The notes: generated from the letters alone by a model not told the origin. A stretch of DNA of 64,000 nt from Dehalococcoidia bacterium (GCA_965116355.1 OZ220679.1:23819-87818), one strand, 5' to 3'. Positions 35,591 through 47,544 are shown, counted from the stretch's first letter. Translations and numbers: made by a program.

Positions 35591-36699
35591 GAAAGACTCT
35601 CGACTGCCTTGCTAGGTAGCTTCAATTCAGGCTTTTTCTTGTGACCTGACTTGGACCTGTTGGTCCAAATCTGCTCCAAGTCTTCAGAAGCTAGACACTC
35701 TTCAATCTTCTGCAGTGCCCGTTGGGAATAGCGCTTGAACGGAACCTTCCCCATCTTGAACTCCTTAAAGCAGTCCGGGTTGTCCCGCAAAGCTAGATGC
35801 TCAACCACAGCTAGGACTTTCGGCTGAGTGAGGCCGAGTTTTTCTGCTAGGCTCTTTGCTCCAAGATTGTAGAAGTCAAGCTCATTAACTCGTCGTACTG
35901 CCACGGGGAGAGCCCCCGGTGTTCCATCTTGGTTAATCTGTACCGGAGGACCTTGTGTCTTTGTCAATCTAATGGCGAGCGATGGCCCCGTACCGTCTGA
36001 AACAATGTCCACCAAAGCAACCCCTGGAAACACGTCCTGCCAAGGCTTCTTAGAGAGTTCACGACCGATACGCCTCAACTCCCTTGGACTCGGCTGTCCA
36101 CTTTCGCCTTGGATGGTAGAATCCAGAACAGTCAACGCCCTGAGCTTTGCCTCAGCCTCTAGTCTTCGCCGCTTGTTGGGGTCAAGTAGTCTCAACACTT
36201 CCGCCACTTCATGGTCAAAGACAGTCGCCAAATCAGTTGGAGCGGACGTAGATACTGGCAAAACCCTGTTGGGCAATAGTGCCGAGAGCTCTTGGCCAAA
36301 CACCTGCCTAAGCAGATCTCGAAATAGTGTTACACCTGATTGGATATGAATGTACAGTTGTTGCTCCGATATATCCAACAGGTAGTGTTGAGTTGCATCG
36401 CGTAGCCCGTTGATCGTCTGAAGGCAAAGGGCTTGCTCTTCGCTGAGGAACTTAATGGCCCCATTGCTGAGTCCTCGCCTTACACAGGTATCAAACCCAA
36501 TGGTCACCGCTGCGTCTTGATCCCGGATACTGCCGCCTCTATGCACGATGGCAGCCTTAAGCAGCATCTCAAATGCATGGTCGATATGAATGAGCGCGCC
36601 AGTTACACGACCGCGGTCCTGAGGTCTGTTGAAAATCTCAATGGCGAGCAACAAAGAATCGGAGGCTTTGTCTAGCAGCAGCTTCGTTTCCCTGCGCAT
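35587..36699 (-). CDS. DUF3644-like protein embedded in the Type I R-M operon
   Basis: The N-terminus reads [42 protein letters not shown] (DUF3644-type signature, recalled from memory). Its stop overlaps the hsdR start (ATGA). GC is low. Confidence 0.65.
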   Translation of the reverse strand: MRRETKLLLDKASDSLLLAIEIFNRPQDRGRVTGALIHIDHAFEMLLKAAIVHRGGSIRDQDAAVTIGFDTCVRRGLSNGAIKFLSEEQALCLQTINGLRDATQHYLLDISEQQLYIHIQSGVTLFRDLLRQVFGQELSALLPNRVLPVSTSAPTDLATVFDHEVAEVLRLLDPNKRRRLEAEAKLRALTVLDSTIQGESGQPSPRELRRIGRELSKKPWQDVFPGVALVDIVSDGTGPSLAIRLTKTQGPPVQINQDGTPGALPVAVRRVNELDFYNLGAKSLAEKLGLTQPKVLAVVEHLALRDNPDCFKEFKMGKVPFKRYSQRALQKIEECLASEDLEQIWTNRSKSGHKKKPELKLPSKAVESLS

Positions 36700-36743
36700 G
36701 TCCTAGACTCCCGTCCATAAAGCCCCGAAGACTCAACTGAAGC

Positions 36744-37622
36744 CTATCCTCTTATTGCTAGTTGCTTGCGGGAGAGATAGCTGGCAAATGAGGCGCAAGC
36801 ACCAAACATGAACAGCGCCTCATCTTGCCCCACGTTAGCTGTTTGTTGATCCAATAAGGCGTGTCGAATGCCCTGCTCATCATTGGTGTAACCGTAGATT
36901 CTGCTGAACCCTTCCCTTAGGGCTGGATGGTCAATTAGACCCTTGTCTTCCAATACCCTCAGCGCAGTACCAAGCGTCTTTGCCTCCGGTGCAATCACAC
37001 AGGCCACGGACTCAACGGCGTGAATGCTCTCTCGGACCGCACCCGCCCAGTCGTTGTCGTTGATGCGTGCGGCCGCGTTCTGCAAGTGTTCTCGCGCTCC
37101 AACGAGCCCTGCATCCTTAAGCTGTTGTATACCATTGACCAGTACAGCACCTTCTTCGGGTGTGCTTGTGGGGTAGATTGTGGGCGGGAATGTTGTATCT
37201 AGGGTGTATGCGAGCCTGTAGTGTACGAATGCATCGGCTAAGTCTTCGGACAGCCGCTCTCCAAACACTCGTCCGTGAATCATCTTCGAGAGTTCCCGCA
37301 CCATGAAAAGCAGGAGGTCATATACCTTATTGAATCGTTGAGCCAAAATGTAGGGGCGCACTAATTCGCTAAGAGTGTTCATCCCGTGACGGAATTCGTC
37401 CAAAGGTAACCCGAAGAAATCACTATGAACCAGACGCATGAGATCGTGCCAATGACCGCTTCTTGAGTAGGCAGGCAGTCCTGGCTCAGCAGCCTCATAT
37501 AGTATGTTCCAGATTCCTGTACGGGCTTCATCGCTTATTTCCTCAGGCTTTAATTGTTGAGGCAATTGTTCATACCCGAAAGCCTGAGAGAACGACAGGC
37601 TCTTGGGGTCTAGGTTAGTCAT
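36744..37622 (-). CDS. AbiJ-like protein (AbiJ-NTD4-type N-terminus + HEPN-like C-terminus)
   Basis: N-terminus LSFSQAFGYEQLPQQLKPEEISDEARTGIWNILY. C-terminus AVRESIHAVESVACVI...FSRIYGYTNDEQGIRHALLD. GC is low. Confidence 0.55.
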   Translation of the reverse strand: MTNLDPKSLSFSQAFGYEQLPQQLKPEEISDEARTGIWNILYEAAEPGLPAYSRSGHWHDLMRLVHSDFFGLPLDEFRHGMNTLSELVRPYILAQRFNKVYDLLLFMVRELSKMIHGRVFGERLSEDLADAFVHYRLAYTLDTTFPPTIYPTSTPEEGAVLVNGIQQLKDAGLVGAREHLQNAAARINDNDWAGAVRESIHAVESVACVIAPEAKTLGTALRVLEDKGLIDHPALREGFSRIYGYTNDEQGIRHALLDQQTANVGQDEALFMFGACASFASYLSRKQLAIRG

Positions 37623-37666
37623 GGCGGGATATCGGTTCCTTTTGATGAATTGAGAAAGGTGACTAA

Positions 37667-38995
37667 CTACATCCTCACGGGCACTTCTCCTGATAACAAC
37701 CGGGGCAGCAGCGTGTCCCGCTGTGTTGCAAGGTGACGAGCTTCAGCGACACTAACTCGTATGTGTTCATCCCATGGTAGCACAAGCGTTTCAAAGCAGT
37801 TAATCACTTCAAGTGGCGGCACAACCACTTGCATTGACGCGAATTGCTTGCCAGTTATAGCTCCGAACACGGTGCCGGTGTGCTCATATTGCTGGAGGTC
37901 GGGTTGCATCATCCGCACCGAGTAATAAGTGAATGAGCTTGCTCCAGAACTATGGCGCAGGGCGGCAACCCCACGCCCTATGCAACTCTTCTCCCATGCC
38001 ATGTTCACGTCACCCACTGGCGCTCTCACACTAACCATAGTATCGCCCGTTTCTGCAGTTCTGCTTGGAGCACTGCAGAACACTCGGTTAGTCGGATACC
38101 GAAATCCGAAGTCACTCCGCCCCTGAAAGAATGGAAGGCCATCGCCTTGGTCGTTATAAGTGTCTCCGGGAGGCGATTGCCCCATTGTGAGGCGGTAGCA
38201 CTCGCCCAACCCACGCACCTCCCACCCCTCCGGGATGTCGCCGAGGGGGGAGGGGACGAGGGTGTCAGGGAAGAGGTGGTAGTGCTCGGCCAGGAGGCCG
38301 GGGAGGGACTCGCCGGGGCGCCAGCGGCCCTCCATCTTCGCGCGGACCGGCTCGAAGTCGACGAACCAGGAGCGAAAGAGGGCGCGGGCCATCGCCTCCA
38401 GGGTCTCGGACATGCGGCGATTGATCTCGATCTTGTCGTCCAGCGAGCCCAGCACGTGCGCGATGGCGCGCTGCTCTGGGAGGGGTGGGAGGGGGATTTC
38501 AACGGTCCTCAAGTCACGGAGATTGATGACTTGTTGGACAGAACCTAATGAATGACCACCAAGAGAGGCTTGGCCAAGTGGCGCCGACAAGAAGTACTTT
38601 ACATACTGTGTGTCAACGCCTTTACCTAAGCGGACCAAAGCTACTTGTCTCGCCAAATTTGCGCCTGCGAGTGTTTCAGGAACTATCGCTACTTGGCCGG
38701 GATTCCCTACTAACGACACCAAGAGCTCGCCGCCTCGTAAAGTTGTACGACGGTATTGTTGCGATACGTCCACCGTAATGGTGCGAAGTTGTTCTACGGC
38801 GATTCTCCCATTGGCAATGTCGCCGCCTCGAACGAACAACACACCATCGGGATCCTCTTGTCCAGGCTTGACGACACCATAGGTTATCGGAGAACTAGGT
38901 TCCACGAGTTCACGGAGTGCACTCTTGGGCCATTGAACTAATTCCTGCAGTTTGCCCACTTCTGTATTGTCGGCCATTCTCAGTTCTAACCCCAT
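37667..38995 (-). CDS. hsdS: Type I restriction enzyme S (specificity) subunit
   Basis: Two target-recognition halves are separated by the conserved helices ...IPLPPLPEQRAIAHVLGSLDDKIEINRRM...TLLPRLLSGEV. The start is uncertain: ATG 38995 has GGGGAG upstream, while the ORF track starts at 39082. Confidence 0.85.
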   Translation of the reverse strand: MGLELRMADNTEVGKLQELVQWPKSALRELVEPSSPITYGVVKPGQEDPDGVLFVRGGDIANGRIAVEQLRTITVDVSQQYRRTTLRGGELLVSLVGNPGQVAIVPETLAGANLARQVALVRLGKGVDTQYVKYFLSAPLGQASLGGHSLGSVQQVINLRDLRTVEIPLPPLPEQRAIAHVLGSLDDKIEINRRMSETLEAMARALFRSWFVDFEPVRAKMEGRWRPGESLPGLLAEHYHLFPDTLVPSPLGDIPEGWEVRGLGECYRLTMGQSPPGDTYNDQGDGLPFFQGRSDFGFRYPTNRVFCSAPSRTAETGDTMVSVRAPVGDVNMAWEKSCIGRGVAALRHSSGASSFTYYSVRMMQPDLQQYEHTGTVFGAITGKQFASMQVVVPPLEVINCFETLVLPWDEHIRVSVAEARHLATQRDTLLPRLLSGEVPVRM

Positions 38996-39091
38996 GTCAC
39001 TCCCCAAACCTATGCTTGGAGAGGTCTTTCGCAATGGCAACGTGAAGGCTGGCGGCCCCGGCCTTTTGTCGGTGCCTCCCATTCACAGCCG

Positions 39092-39424
39092 CTATTCAGT
39101 GTACATTTCGCCGATGATGCGGCGCAGGCTTGCGGCTTCAGCGGCGGAGAGACGGGCGATGCGGCGTCCGAGACGCTGCTTGCTGATGGTGCGGATCTGG
39201 TCGACGGCGATCTCCGCGTCCTGCCCCGCGCATCGCACCTGGAGGCGGCCCCGCCAGCGCGGGTGCAGGCTGGACGTGAGCGGACAGATCACCACAGTGT
39301 CCAGGTGCCGGTTCATCTCATCCCGGCTAACGACGACAACGGGCCTGACCTTGCGAATCTCGCTGCCCACTGCCGGGTTGAGGTCCGCGATGTAGACAGC
39401 ATAGCGCCTGGGGAAAACGGCCAT
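39092..39424 (-). CDS. mazF: MazF/PemK-family endoribonuclease toxin
   Basis: YIADLNPAVGSEIRKVRPVVVVSRDEMN...VVICPLTS...VDQIRTISKQRL. Confidence 0.9.
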   Translation of the reverse strand: MAVFPRRYAVYIADLNPAVGSEIRKVRPVVVVSRDEMNRHLDTVVICPLTSSLHPRWRGRLQVRCAGQDAEIAVDQIRTISKQRLGRRIARLSAAEAASLRRIIGEMYTE

Positions 39425-39678
39425 CAGTCGAGGCCGTCGGCAATGGCGGAGTCGAAGTCGCTCCAGTCCTCGGGCTCTGCGGCCATGGCGCGGTAGGTCT
39501 CCTCCCAGGACAGGCGCTGCGTCTCCCCGCCCCGCAGGACCACGCCCTCTTCCCGCTCTTCCAGGGTCAACCGGTCGTTCCAGCCGTACTTGTCCAACAG
39601 CTCCTTGGCAAGGCGGATGCCCTTGGAGTTGCCGACGGAGATCAGCTTGACTTCCCTGATGTGCGGCGCCTGGCTCAT
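39424..39678 (-). CDS. mazE: AbrB/MazE-type (SpoVT-AbrB) antitoxin
   Basis: MSQAPHIREVKLISVGNSKGIRLAKELLDKYGW... Its stop overlaps the mazF start by 1 nt (TGATG). The longer ORF-track version (to 39993) runs antisense into the hsdM 3' end and is rejected. Confidence 0.85.
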   Translation of the reverse strand: MSQAPHIREVKLISVGNSKGIRLAKELLDKYGWNDRLTLEEREEGVVLRGGETQRLSWEETYRAMAAEPEDWSDFDSAIADGLD

Positions 39679-39760
39679 GCTCTTCGCCTCCGATATGTGC
39701 AACCGAGTGTAATTATCGTAATTACTTGTCGGCGCGTGTGTCAATGTTCCCTGAACGCGA

Positions 39761-41338
39761 TCACTCTCCGAATCCCAGTTTGGCCAGGTTCTCCGCGATG
39801 GCGTCGTCGAGACGGGCGGCCTCGGCCTGCTGCTCGCGCCACTGGGAAGCGAGGCGCGCCATCTTCTCCTCAAAGGGCTCGCCGTCGTCCTCCTGCGGCG
39901 CGGCGCCCACGTAGCGGCCCGGGGTGAGCACATGGCCGTGGCCTCGGATCTCCGCCATCGTCGCGCTCTTGCAGAAGCCGAGGACGTCGGCATAGTCGGG
40001 CTCGCCGCCGTCGCGCCATGCGTGGTACGTCGCGGCGACGTGGGCGATGTCCTCGGCGGAGAGATCTCGGCGCGTCCGATCGATCATGTGCCCTAGCTTG
40101 CGGGCGTCGATGAACAGCGTCTCGCCGGAGCGAGCGCGGCGCTCGCCGTTGCGCCGGCCCTTCGACAAGAACCACAAACAGGCTGGGATCTGTGTGGAGC
40201 GGAAGAGCTGGCCCGGCAGCGCGATGATGCAGTCGACCAGGTCCGCCTCGATGATGCTCTTGCGAATATCACCCTCGCCGGACTGATTCGACGACATGGA
40301 GCCGTTGGCCAGCACGAAGCCCGCGACGCCCCTCGGCGCAAGGTGGTGCAGGAAGTGCTGCACCCACGCGAAGTTGGCGTTACCCACCGGCGGCACGCCG
40401 AACTCCCAGCGGCGGTCGCTGCGCAGCCGCTCACCGCCCCAGTCGGAGACGTTGAAGGGCGGATTGGCCAGAATGAAGTCGGCGCGCAGGTCCGGGTGGC
40501 GGTCGTTGTGGAAGCTGTCGCCGTGGGCAATCTGCCCCTCAATGCCCCGGATTGCCAGGTTCATCTTGGCCAGCCGCCAGGTGGTGTAGTTGGACTCTTG
40601 GCCGTAGATTGAAAGGTCTCGGCGGGCGCGGCCGCTGTTGCCATTGCCCGTGGCGTGGGCTTGGATGAACTCCATTGACTGCACGAACATGCCCGACGAC
40701 CCGCAGCACGGGTCGTACACGCGCCCCTGGTACGGCTCCAGCATCTCGACGAGGAGCCGAACGACGGAGCGCGGGGTGTAGAACTCGCCGCCCTTGCGTC
40801 CCTCGGCCAGCGCGAACTGCTCCAGAAAGTATTCGTAGACGCGACCGAGGACGTCGGTGGCGCGAGCCTCCGCGCCGCCGACCTGGATGTTGCTGACCAG
40901 ATCCACGACGCGGCCCAACCGCTCTTTGTCCAGGGCAGGGCGTGCATAATCCTTCGGCAGCACGTCCTTCAGCGCCTCGTTCTCCCGCTCGACGGCAACC
41001 ATAGCGGCGTCGACGGCCTCTCCGATTGTTGGCTGCCGCGCGTGGGCCTGGATGTTGGGCCACCGCGCCTCTCCAGGCACCCAGAAGACCTCCTGGGCAC
41101 GGTACTCGTCCGGGTCCTCAGGGTCGGCGCCTTGGGCTTGCTCAGCCACAAGCCGCGCGTGCGCCTCCTCGAAGGCGTCCGAGATGTACTTCAGGAAGAC
41201 GAGACCAAGCACGACGTGCTTGTACTCGGCCGCGTCCATGCTCCCGCGAAGGGCGTCGGCCATGCGCCAGAGCTGCGCCTCGGGTGCGGCGTCGGCTGGA
41301 GGCGGGGCTGCGTTCTTGGGTCGGCGGGTGGTGGTCAT
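39761..41338 (-). CDS. hsdM: Type I restriction enzyme M subunit (N6-adenine DNA methyltransferase)
   Basis: Motif [13 protein letters not shown], motif [14 protein letters not shown], and the HsdM N-terminal domain [32 protein letters not shown]. Confidence 0.95.
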   Translation of the reverse strand: MTTTRRPKNAAPPPADAAPEAQLWRMADALRGSMDAAEYKHVVLGLVFLKYISDAFEEAHARLVAEQAQGADPEDPDEYRAQEVFWVPGEARWPNIQAHARQPTIGEAVDAAMVAVERENEALKDVLPKDYARPALDKERLGRVVDLVSNIQVGGAEARATDVLGRVYEYFLEQFALAEGRKGGEFYTPRSVVRLLVEMLEPYQGRVYDPCCGSSGMFVQSMEFIQAHATGNGNSGRARRDLSIYGQESNYTTWRLAKMNLAIRGIEGQIAHGDSFHNDRHPDLRADFILANPPFNVSDWGGERLRSDRRWEFGVPPVGNANFAWVQHFLHHLAPRGVAGFVLANGSMSSNQSGEGDIRKSIIEADLVDCIIALPGQLFRSTQIPACLWFLSKGRRNGERRARSGETLFIDARKLGHMIDRTRRDLSAEDIAHVAATYHAWRDGGEPDYADVLGFCKSATMAEIRGHGHVLTPGRYVGAAPQEDDGEPFEEKMARLASQWREQQAEAARLDDAIAENLAKLGFGE

Positions 41339-41371
41339 GTGGGTGTGCTCCTGTCAGCAAGTGAGGTCAAC

Positions 41372-41590
41372 TCATGACTCTTCAGGACGAGCATTCTTTC
41401 CTCCCGGGCCATATCCGTGTGCAACCAGGAAGGCAGCTGTATTTCCGTATACCACCCTCATGACAAACCAAAGCGCACGACTGTCATCCCCTGAAGCGAA
41501 ATGGCCTTCGGTGGATTTGCCGCAGCCACAATAGCACTCGCGGGTTCGTGGTGGTTCAGTATGCGGTGACATGCCTCCCCTCCCAGACAC
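41372..41590 (-). CDS. Small hypothetical Cys-rich protein
   Basis: RECYCGCGKSTEGHFASGDDSRA resembles small CxCGCG...GHD-type proteins. It lies immediately upstream of hsdM on the same strand. Confidence 0.4.
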   Translation of the reverse strand: MSGRGGMSPHTEPPRTRECYCGCGKSTEGHFASGDDSRALWFVMRVVYGNTAAFLVAHGYGPGGKNARPEES

Positions 41591-41957
41591 AACGTGGTTT
41601 GCTGAATTCTAGCTGCCTCACCGCATTGAAGGAAGGCATGACGCTCTGGTGCACCATCTTACCAAGTCGTTGCATGATGCGCTTGGTGGATTCTTGCTGA
41701 TCTTGTGATCTCTGTCCTACGCAAGTGCCAAGTCATTGGCCACTTGCCGCTGCCTCTGTCAGCGAGATTCGCTTATTCCACCAAAGCCCCTCTTTAGTAC
41801 ACCCGCTCCGCTTTCGGTCCTGATCCGTAGCTGAAAACGGACTGTCTTCCAGACGCCCTCTCCGCCACACTCTTTCCTTCACTCGCCACGCCGCGTTCCT
41901 CCGTCAGTTTCCAGGAGTTTCGACACGCCGCGGCGCTGCGCGCGTACCTCAGGGCGC

Positions 41958-42659
41958 TCAGGAGTCGCGAGGTGGTGTGACCTCGGCGGTGGAGGCTTTG
42001 CGCCAGAGCAGGAGCACGAGGGCTAGGAGGGCGCCCGCGACGCCACCCACGGCGCCGACGGTCCACGTCGAGTCCGCCAGGCCGGTGTTGTAGCGGCCGA
42101 AGATGGTTGCGAGCAGGACAGCGCCGAGGGCAAGGGTCAGGGCGGCGGCTACCAGACCCACTAGCAGCAGCGCCTCAAAGGTGAGCGTCCGTCGCCGGTC
42201 ATCGTCGGCTACGCCCCGCGACGCCAGTCGAGCGTCGAGGGCGCGGAGCGCCATCAAACGGTGGAGGGTCACCAGCCCCGCGAGGCTCGTAAGCAGCAGG
42301 GCGGCGTCTCGCAGCAGGACGCGGTCGCCCACCAGGTATGCTTCCACGCCGGCAAGCTCGTACCACGTCAACTCGTTATGGCCCCACAGGGGCACGCCGT
42401 GCGGCAGGGCGACGAGCGCGGCCACAATCCAGAACGCGATCTGCGCGTGGCTCAGCACCCGCAGCGTCCAATAGACTGCCACGAGAAGAGCGAGAACCGC
42501 CAGCGCCTCCAGCGAGAAGAGGCGGTCGACGAGAGCCTCGATCCTGTTCTCCCACGCCGACTCGGGCAAGCCGAACGCCAGAAAGCCGTCGCGGATGACG
42601 AGGGCCGTCAGGACCAGCAGGCCCGCCAGCAGCAGCGTCTCGATGGCAGTGAGCTTCAC
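41958..42659 (-). CDS. Polytopic membrane protein, last gene of the MoxR/DUF58 operon
   Basis: Several hydrophobic helices (LLLAGLLVLTALVI, LAVLALLVAVYWTL, LLLVGLVAAALTLALGAVLLATIF). It starts 21 nt downstream of the DUF58 gene. Confidence 0.7.
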   Translation of the reverse strand: MKLTAIETLLLAGLLVLTALVIRDGFLAFGLPESAWENRIEALVDRLFSLEALAVLALLVAVYWTLRVLSHAQIAFWIVAALVALPHGVPLWGHNELTWYELAGVEAYLVGDRVLLRDAALLLTSLAGLVTLHRLMALRALDARLASRGVADDDRRRTLTFEALLLVGLVAAALTLALGAVLLATIFGRYNTGLADSTWTVGAVGGVAGALLALVLLLWRKASTAEVTPPRDS

Positions 42660-42680
42660 GCGGGGCAGCCCTCCCTTCGG

Positions 42681-44005
42681 CTATGCGTAGGCCTCGATGT
42701 GGCGCACCAGCACGGACGTGAACTCCTCTCGAACGGGCTCCCATTCGATGACCGAGGCGCCCTTGCTCCGCAGCTCGCGGGCGACGTCGCGCGCCTCCCA
42801 GCGGGCGACGCCCAGGCCGGTGTACGCTCGCTCGGCTTCCTGCGGCGCGACGTGCAATACCCGCACGCGCCTTGAAGCGCGCGACTGGGACTTCAGCGCG
42901 ATCAACCGCCCGACGGCAGTCTTGAATCGTTCCAGGCTCACCGCGTCCTCGCCGGGGCGGGCGTACTGGACGTCAAGACGCGTGATGATGAACACGTCGG
43001 GGCGGAGGCGGTAGAGGAAGTCCTTGCACCGCTCTACGGACTGCAGGAGGTCCTGCTCGGCAGGACCGGGACGGAGGCCGGCCAACATATCCATCAGACG
43101 GTTGAACTGGCGCTTGCCGGCCTCGGGCGGCAGGAGCTCACCGGAGCCACCCGTGCTGTTGAAGGCGCAGGCTCCGAGGGTGGAGCCTCGCGAGAGGTAA
43201 TACTGCGCGAGCGTCCCAGCCGCCTCTACGGTGCTCTCCAGCGGGTTCGCGAGCGGAACGCCGACGTCCATGTGGTTGGCGACGTCCAGGAAGATCCACA
43301 CGGCCCTGCGCGTCTCGGGTTCGAGCTCGTTTACGAGCGGGAGGTTGCCCAGGGTCGCCATGCGCGCGCTGGCCTTCCAGTTGATGCGCTTGAAGGAGTC
43401 GCCGGGCTGGTATTGGCGTATCTCCTTGAACTCGTCCGTGGAGGCGCCCGTATGGGCAAGGTCGTCCTGATACTTGATGAAGCGGCGGCGGGCACGCACT
43501 CGGTTCAGCCGGGTCACGTTGCGAATCCTCGGCACCACTGATAGCTCGAATGGCTCCCCGACGCCGCCCGGCGCGCCCCGAATGGCGGCGAAGGGCGGCT
43601 GCGACTCCCACCCCGGCGGCGAGAGCTGATAAACGCCGCGCTTTGGGAATCGCACGACGTAGGACACGTCGAAGGACCGGCGACCCGGCCACTTCCAGAC
43701 CACCCGGAAGTTGCTGCCCTCGACGACCTCTGCCTCCGGCGGCAGCCGGTCGTGCACGAAGACGGGGCCTATGCCGGCGCTCGACGTAACGACGCGGCTC
43801 ACGGGCAGCGTATCGCCGACCCAGCAGGTGGCCCGCGGGATCTCGCGCCGCACGAGAATGCCGGAGGGCGCCGGCAGCGCCGTCGACAGCAGCACGCTCA
43901 GGAGAAGGAAGATGGCTCCCGTCAGCATCAGGACGTTGCCGAGAGACAGGCCCAGCACCAGCAGGGCAAGGGCCGCGGCCGCCCAGATGAGATTCGCGGG
44001 CTGCG

Positions 44006-44009
<4 letters not shown>
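42681..44009 (-). CDS. DUF58 (vWA-like) protein
   Basis: IRQYQPGDSFKRINWKASARMATL signature, two N-terminal TM helices, and a start that overlaps the moxR stop (ATGA). Confidence 0.85.
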
Positions 44010-44998
<989 letters not shown>

Positions 44999-45066
44999 AG
45001 GCGGTGGGCCACCCCTTCATGCAGATTCCGCGGTCAGGCAACCAGGGACTTCGACAGGCTGCCCCG

Positions 45067-47544
45067 TCATGGTCCGACCCCGCCACGCGCACCGGCCAAG
45101 CCCGCCAGCTCGTGGGCCGGGTCGGACTCGCCGAAGAGCATTGCGGCGGCCTCCTCGACGAGACGGAGCCGCTGCGGGCGGTGGCGAAGGACGCCACCGG
45201 GGGAGGGCCAAGGGAGGAAGAAGCGGCGCACCACGGGGTCAGGCCCCTCCAGCAACGGGAACCAACGGTAGATGGCGGTGTGCGGGTCGCGACCGCTCTG
45301 GCAGTGCGCGACCGTGAGGGCGATGGCGATCCGTTCGACGTCCGTGCCGGTCTCGACGAACTGCGCTCCAGCCTCACGTAGGCCGTCGCCGGTGACGAGC
45401 GGCAGACGTCCCCCCTCGCCCGCGAGCGCCTCGTCGAGATGGCGGAGTGCCCGGTTCAGGGCGGAAGCGCGGGCAAGTCGGCGGAGGCCGCCCTGCCGCA
45501 TGAACGACGGGAGGCCTCGGGAGAGGGCGGAGGCGCGGAGCGGCCGGCACACGGCGTGCATCGCCTCCTGCGGCGCGCCGTGCCTGTAGAGCAATCCCAT
45601 GAGGTACGCCCACAGCTCTCTCCACTCGCCGAAGTCCACGTAGCGCCGTCGCAGCTCAGCGGGAAGCACCGATCGCGGGTCCGCCTTGTCCTCGAGCACC
45701 TGTAGATGGTGGCGCCATCCAGTCCACTCGGGCGCGGGTGCGTCCGGCGACGCGGCGTCTCGCCGGAGCAGGTCCACGACGACCAAGAGCGCAAGCGCTA
45801 GGAGGACTAGCAGCGTGATGTACTCGTAGAGGGCAGCGAACCAGAGGGCCTCGTAGAGGACGGGGCGGAAGAGGAGGGCATAGAGGGCTACGAAACTGCC
45901 CAGCACCAGGCCGCGTGTCCGGTTGGCGCCGAACCACCGCACCATCGGCGAGAGCGAGGCGTTGGGGAGGGCCGTCGCGACGGGCCCCGCCACCTGCGCG
46001 ACGGCGAGCGCGAACATGCCCGCCGCCAGGGAGGCGCCCGCCAGCAGAAACCCATGCCCCATGGGCGAGAGCGTCGTGCCTGTCAGCCACGCGAGGCCGC
46101 CCGCGACGGCGAAGGCAACGGCCGTGAGCGGCGCCTGCGCCCGGCCAAGGTGGCCAGAGCCCGCCTGCCACGGCAGCGTCCAGGCAAAGGCAAGCGCGGC
46201 GGCGAGCATCGCCATGGTGTTTCGATTGTCAAAGAGCAGGTTGAAGTACGGAATGGCATCGCGGCCGTAGGGACGCGTCGAAGCGTAGTCGAGGAGGGCG
46301 GCGTTGGCGACAGGCAGGTGGTCGAGGACCACCCACACGGCCATTCCGGCGGCTGCGGCATAGGCCGTGGAGCCCGCCAAAATGAGTGCGCCCGCGAGAG
46401 CGGGTGCGAACCTGCCCGTATACGCGCCGGAGGCGTTCACGAGCACGGAACCGGCGTAGGAGACGACGATGGCCATCGTCAGCAGCGCCATCAGCTGGTC
46501 CAACGGGACGCGCAGGAAATAGAACGCGACGCCGTCGTCGGAGAAGAGGACGAACACGGCAGCGAGCAGGGCAAGCCGGCCTACAGGAAATCCGAGGGCG
46601 GCATCAACAGGCCGCCAGAACACGCCTGCGGCTCGAATGGCAACGAAGGGCAGCAGCACGGCGAAGACCTGCGGGGAGGTCAACTGGTCTAGGCTCAGAG
46701 TGTACGCAGCCGCCTCCCAGGGCTGGAGGGCAAAGTGGTCCAGCATGACGGACTCGAAGACGGGCGGCAGAGCGGCTATCGCGCCGAGCGCCATCGCAAT
46801 CCATGAGGCCTCAGCCACCAGGAGCGCGACACGGAGGTGGTTGAGTAGCCGCCCCGGCTCGGTCACCTCGACGATGCGCCGGATGGTCAGGGCGCCGTAA
46901 GCGATGCTCATAGCCACGCCGAAGGCCATCCAGAAGCCGAAGCCGTCGACGCCAACGGCGACTTCCAAGATGCCGTCGGGAGCGAGGAGGACGTACGCCG
47001 CCCCCAGCAGCACCAGGCGCGACCAGGGCGGCGTCAGCACGGCGCCGATCGCGGTGCGGGCCTCGGCTAGTGCACGGAGGGCGGCTACCGGCAAGAGCAC
47101 GAGGATGTACCAGCCCATTGTGTCGAACGCCCCCAAGTACTGCGGGATTTCGTCAAATACGGGATCCCCGAGCCGTTCCGCGAGGGCAACGGCCAATGTG
47201 GGGACGGAGTCCAGAAGGGAGAGGACAAGGGCAAACCACGCCACGTCCGTCAGCAATTTGCCCGCGTAATGGAGCGCGGTGGACGCGCGCAGCGTGCGGC
47301 CGGACCGCGTCGGGCCCCAGGTCAGCGACGCGAGGCGGCTGTTGCGCGCCCAGGCAGCAGCCCGTCCCAAGAGCATCAGGATAGCCCACATCAAGAGGGG
47401 CGGAAAGAGGGAGTCAAGTTCAATCCCGGTCCACCCTGACAGCGGGCTGGACGTCCGCCAAAGAAGGAAGAACCCCGCAACGAGGGCGGTCGTCGTGAGG
47501 ATGGCGGCCAGGGGCAGCCTGTGTGTGGCGGCAATGGTCGTCAT
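45067..47544 (-). CDS. Large polytopic membrane protein of the MoxR operon
   Basis: 825 aa with many hydrophobic segments. Its start overlaps the stop of the 2465-aa gene (ATGA). Confidence 0.75.
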   Translation of the reverse strand: MTTIAATHRLPLAAILTTTALVAGFFLLWRTSSPLSGWTGIELDSLFPPLLMWAILMLLGRAAAWARNSRLASLTWGPTRSGRTLRASTALHYAGKLLTDVAWFALVLSLLDSVPTLAVALAERLGDPVFDEIPQYLGAFDTMGWYILVLLPVAALRALAEARTAIGAVLTPPWSRLVLLGAAYVLLAPDGILEVAVGVDGFGFWMAFGVAMSIAYGALTIRRIVEVTEPGRLLNHLRVALLVAEASWIAMALGAIAALPPVFESVMLDHFALQPWEAAAYTLSLDQLTSPQVFAVLLPFVAIRAAGVFWRPVDAALGFPVGRLALLAAVFVLFSDDGVAFYFLRVPLDQLMALLTMAIVVSYAGSVLVNASGAYTGRFAPALAGALILAGSTAYAAAAGMAVWVVLDHLPVANAALLDYASTRPYGRDAIPYFNLLFDNRNTMAMLAAALAFAWTLPWQAGSGHLGRAQAPLTAVAFAVAGGLAWLTGTTLSPMGHGFLLAGASLAAGMFALAVAQVAGPVATALPNASLSPMVRWFGANRTRGLVLGSFVALYALLFRPVLYEALWFAALYEYITLLVLLALALLVVVDLLRRDAASPDAPAPEWTGWRHHLQVLEDKADPRSVLPAELRRRYVDFGEWRELWAYLMGLLYRHGAPQEAMHAVCRPLRASALSRGLPSFMRQGGLRRLARASALNRALRHLDEALAGEGGRLPLVTGDGLREAGAQFVETGTDVERIAIALTVAHCQSGRDPHTAIYRWFPLLEGPDPVVRRFFLPWPSPGGVLRHRPQRLRLVEEAAAMLFGESDPAHELAGLAGARGGVGP

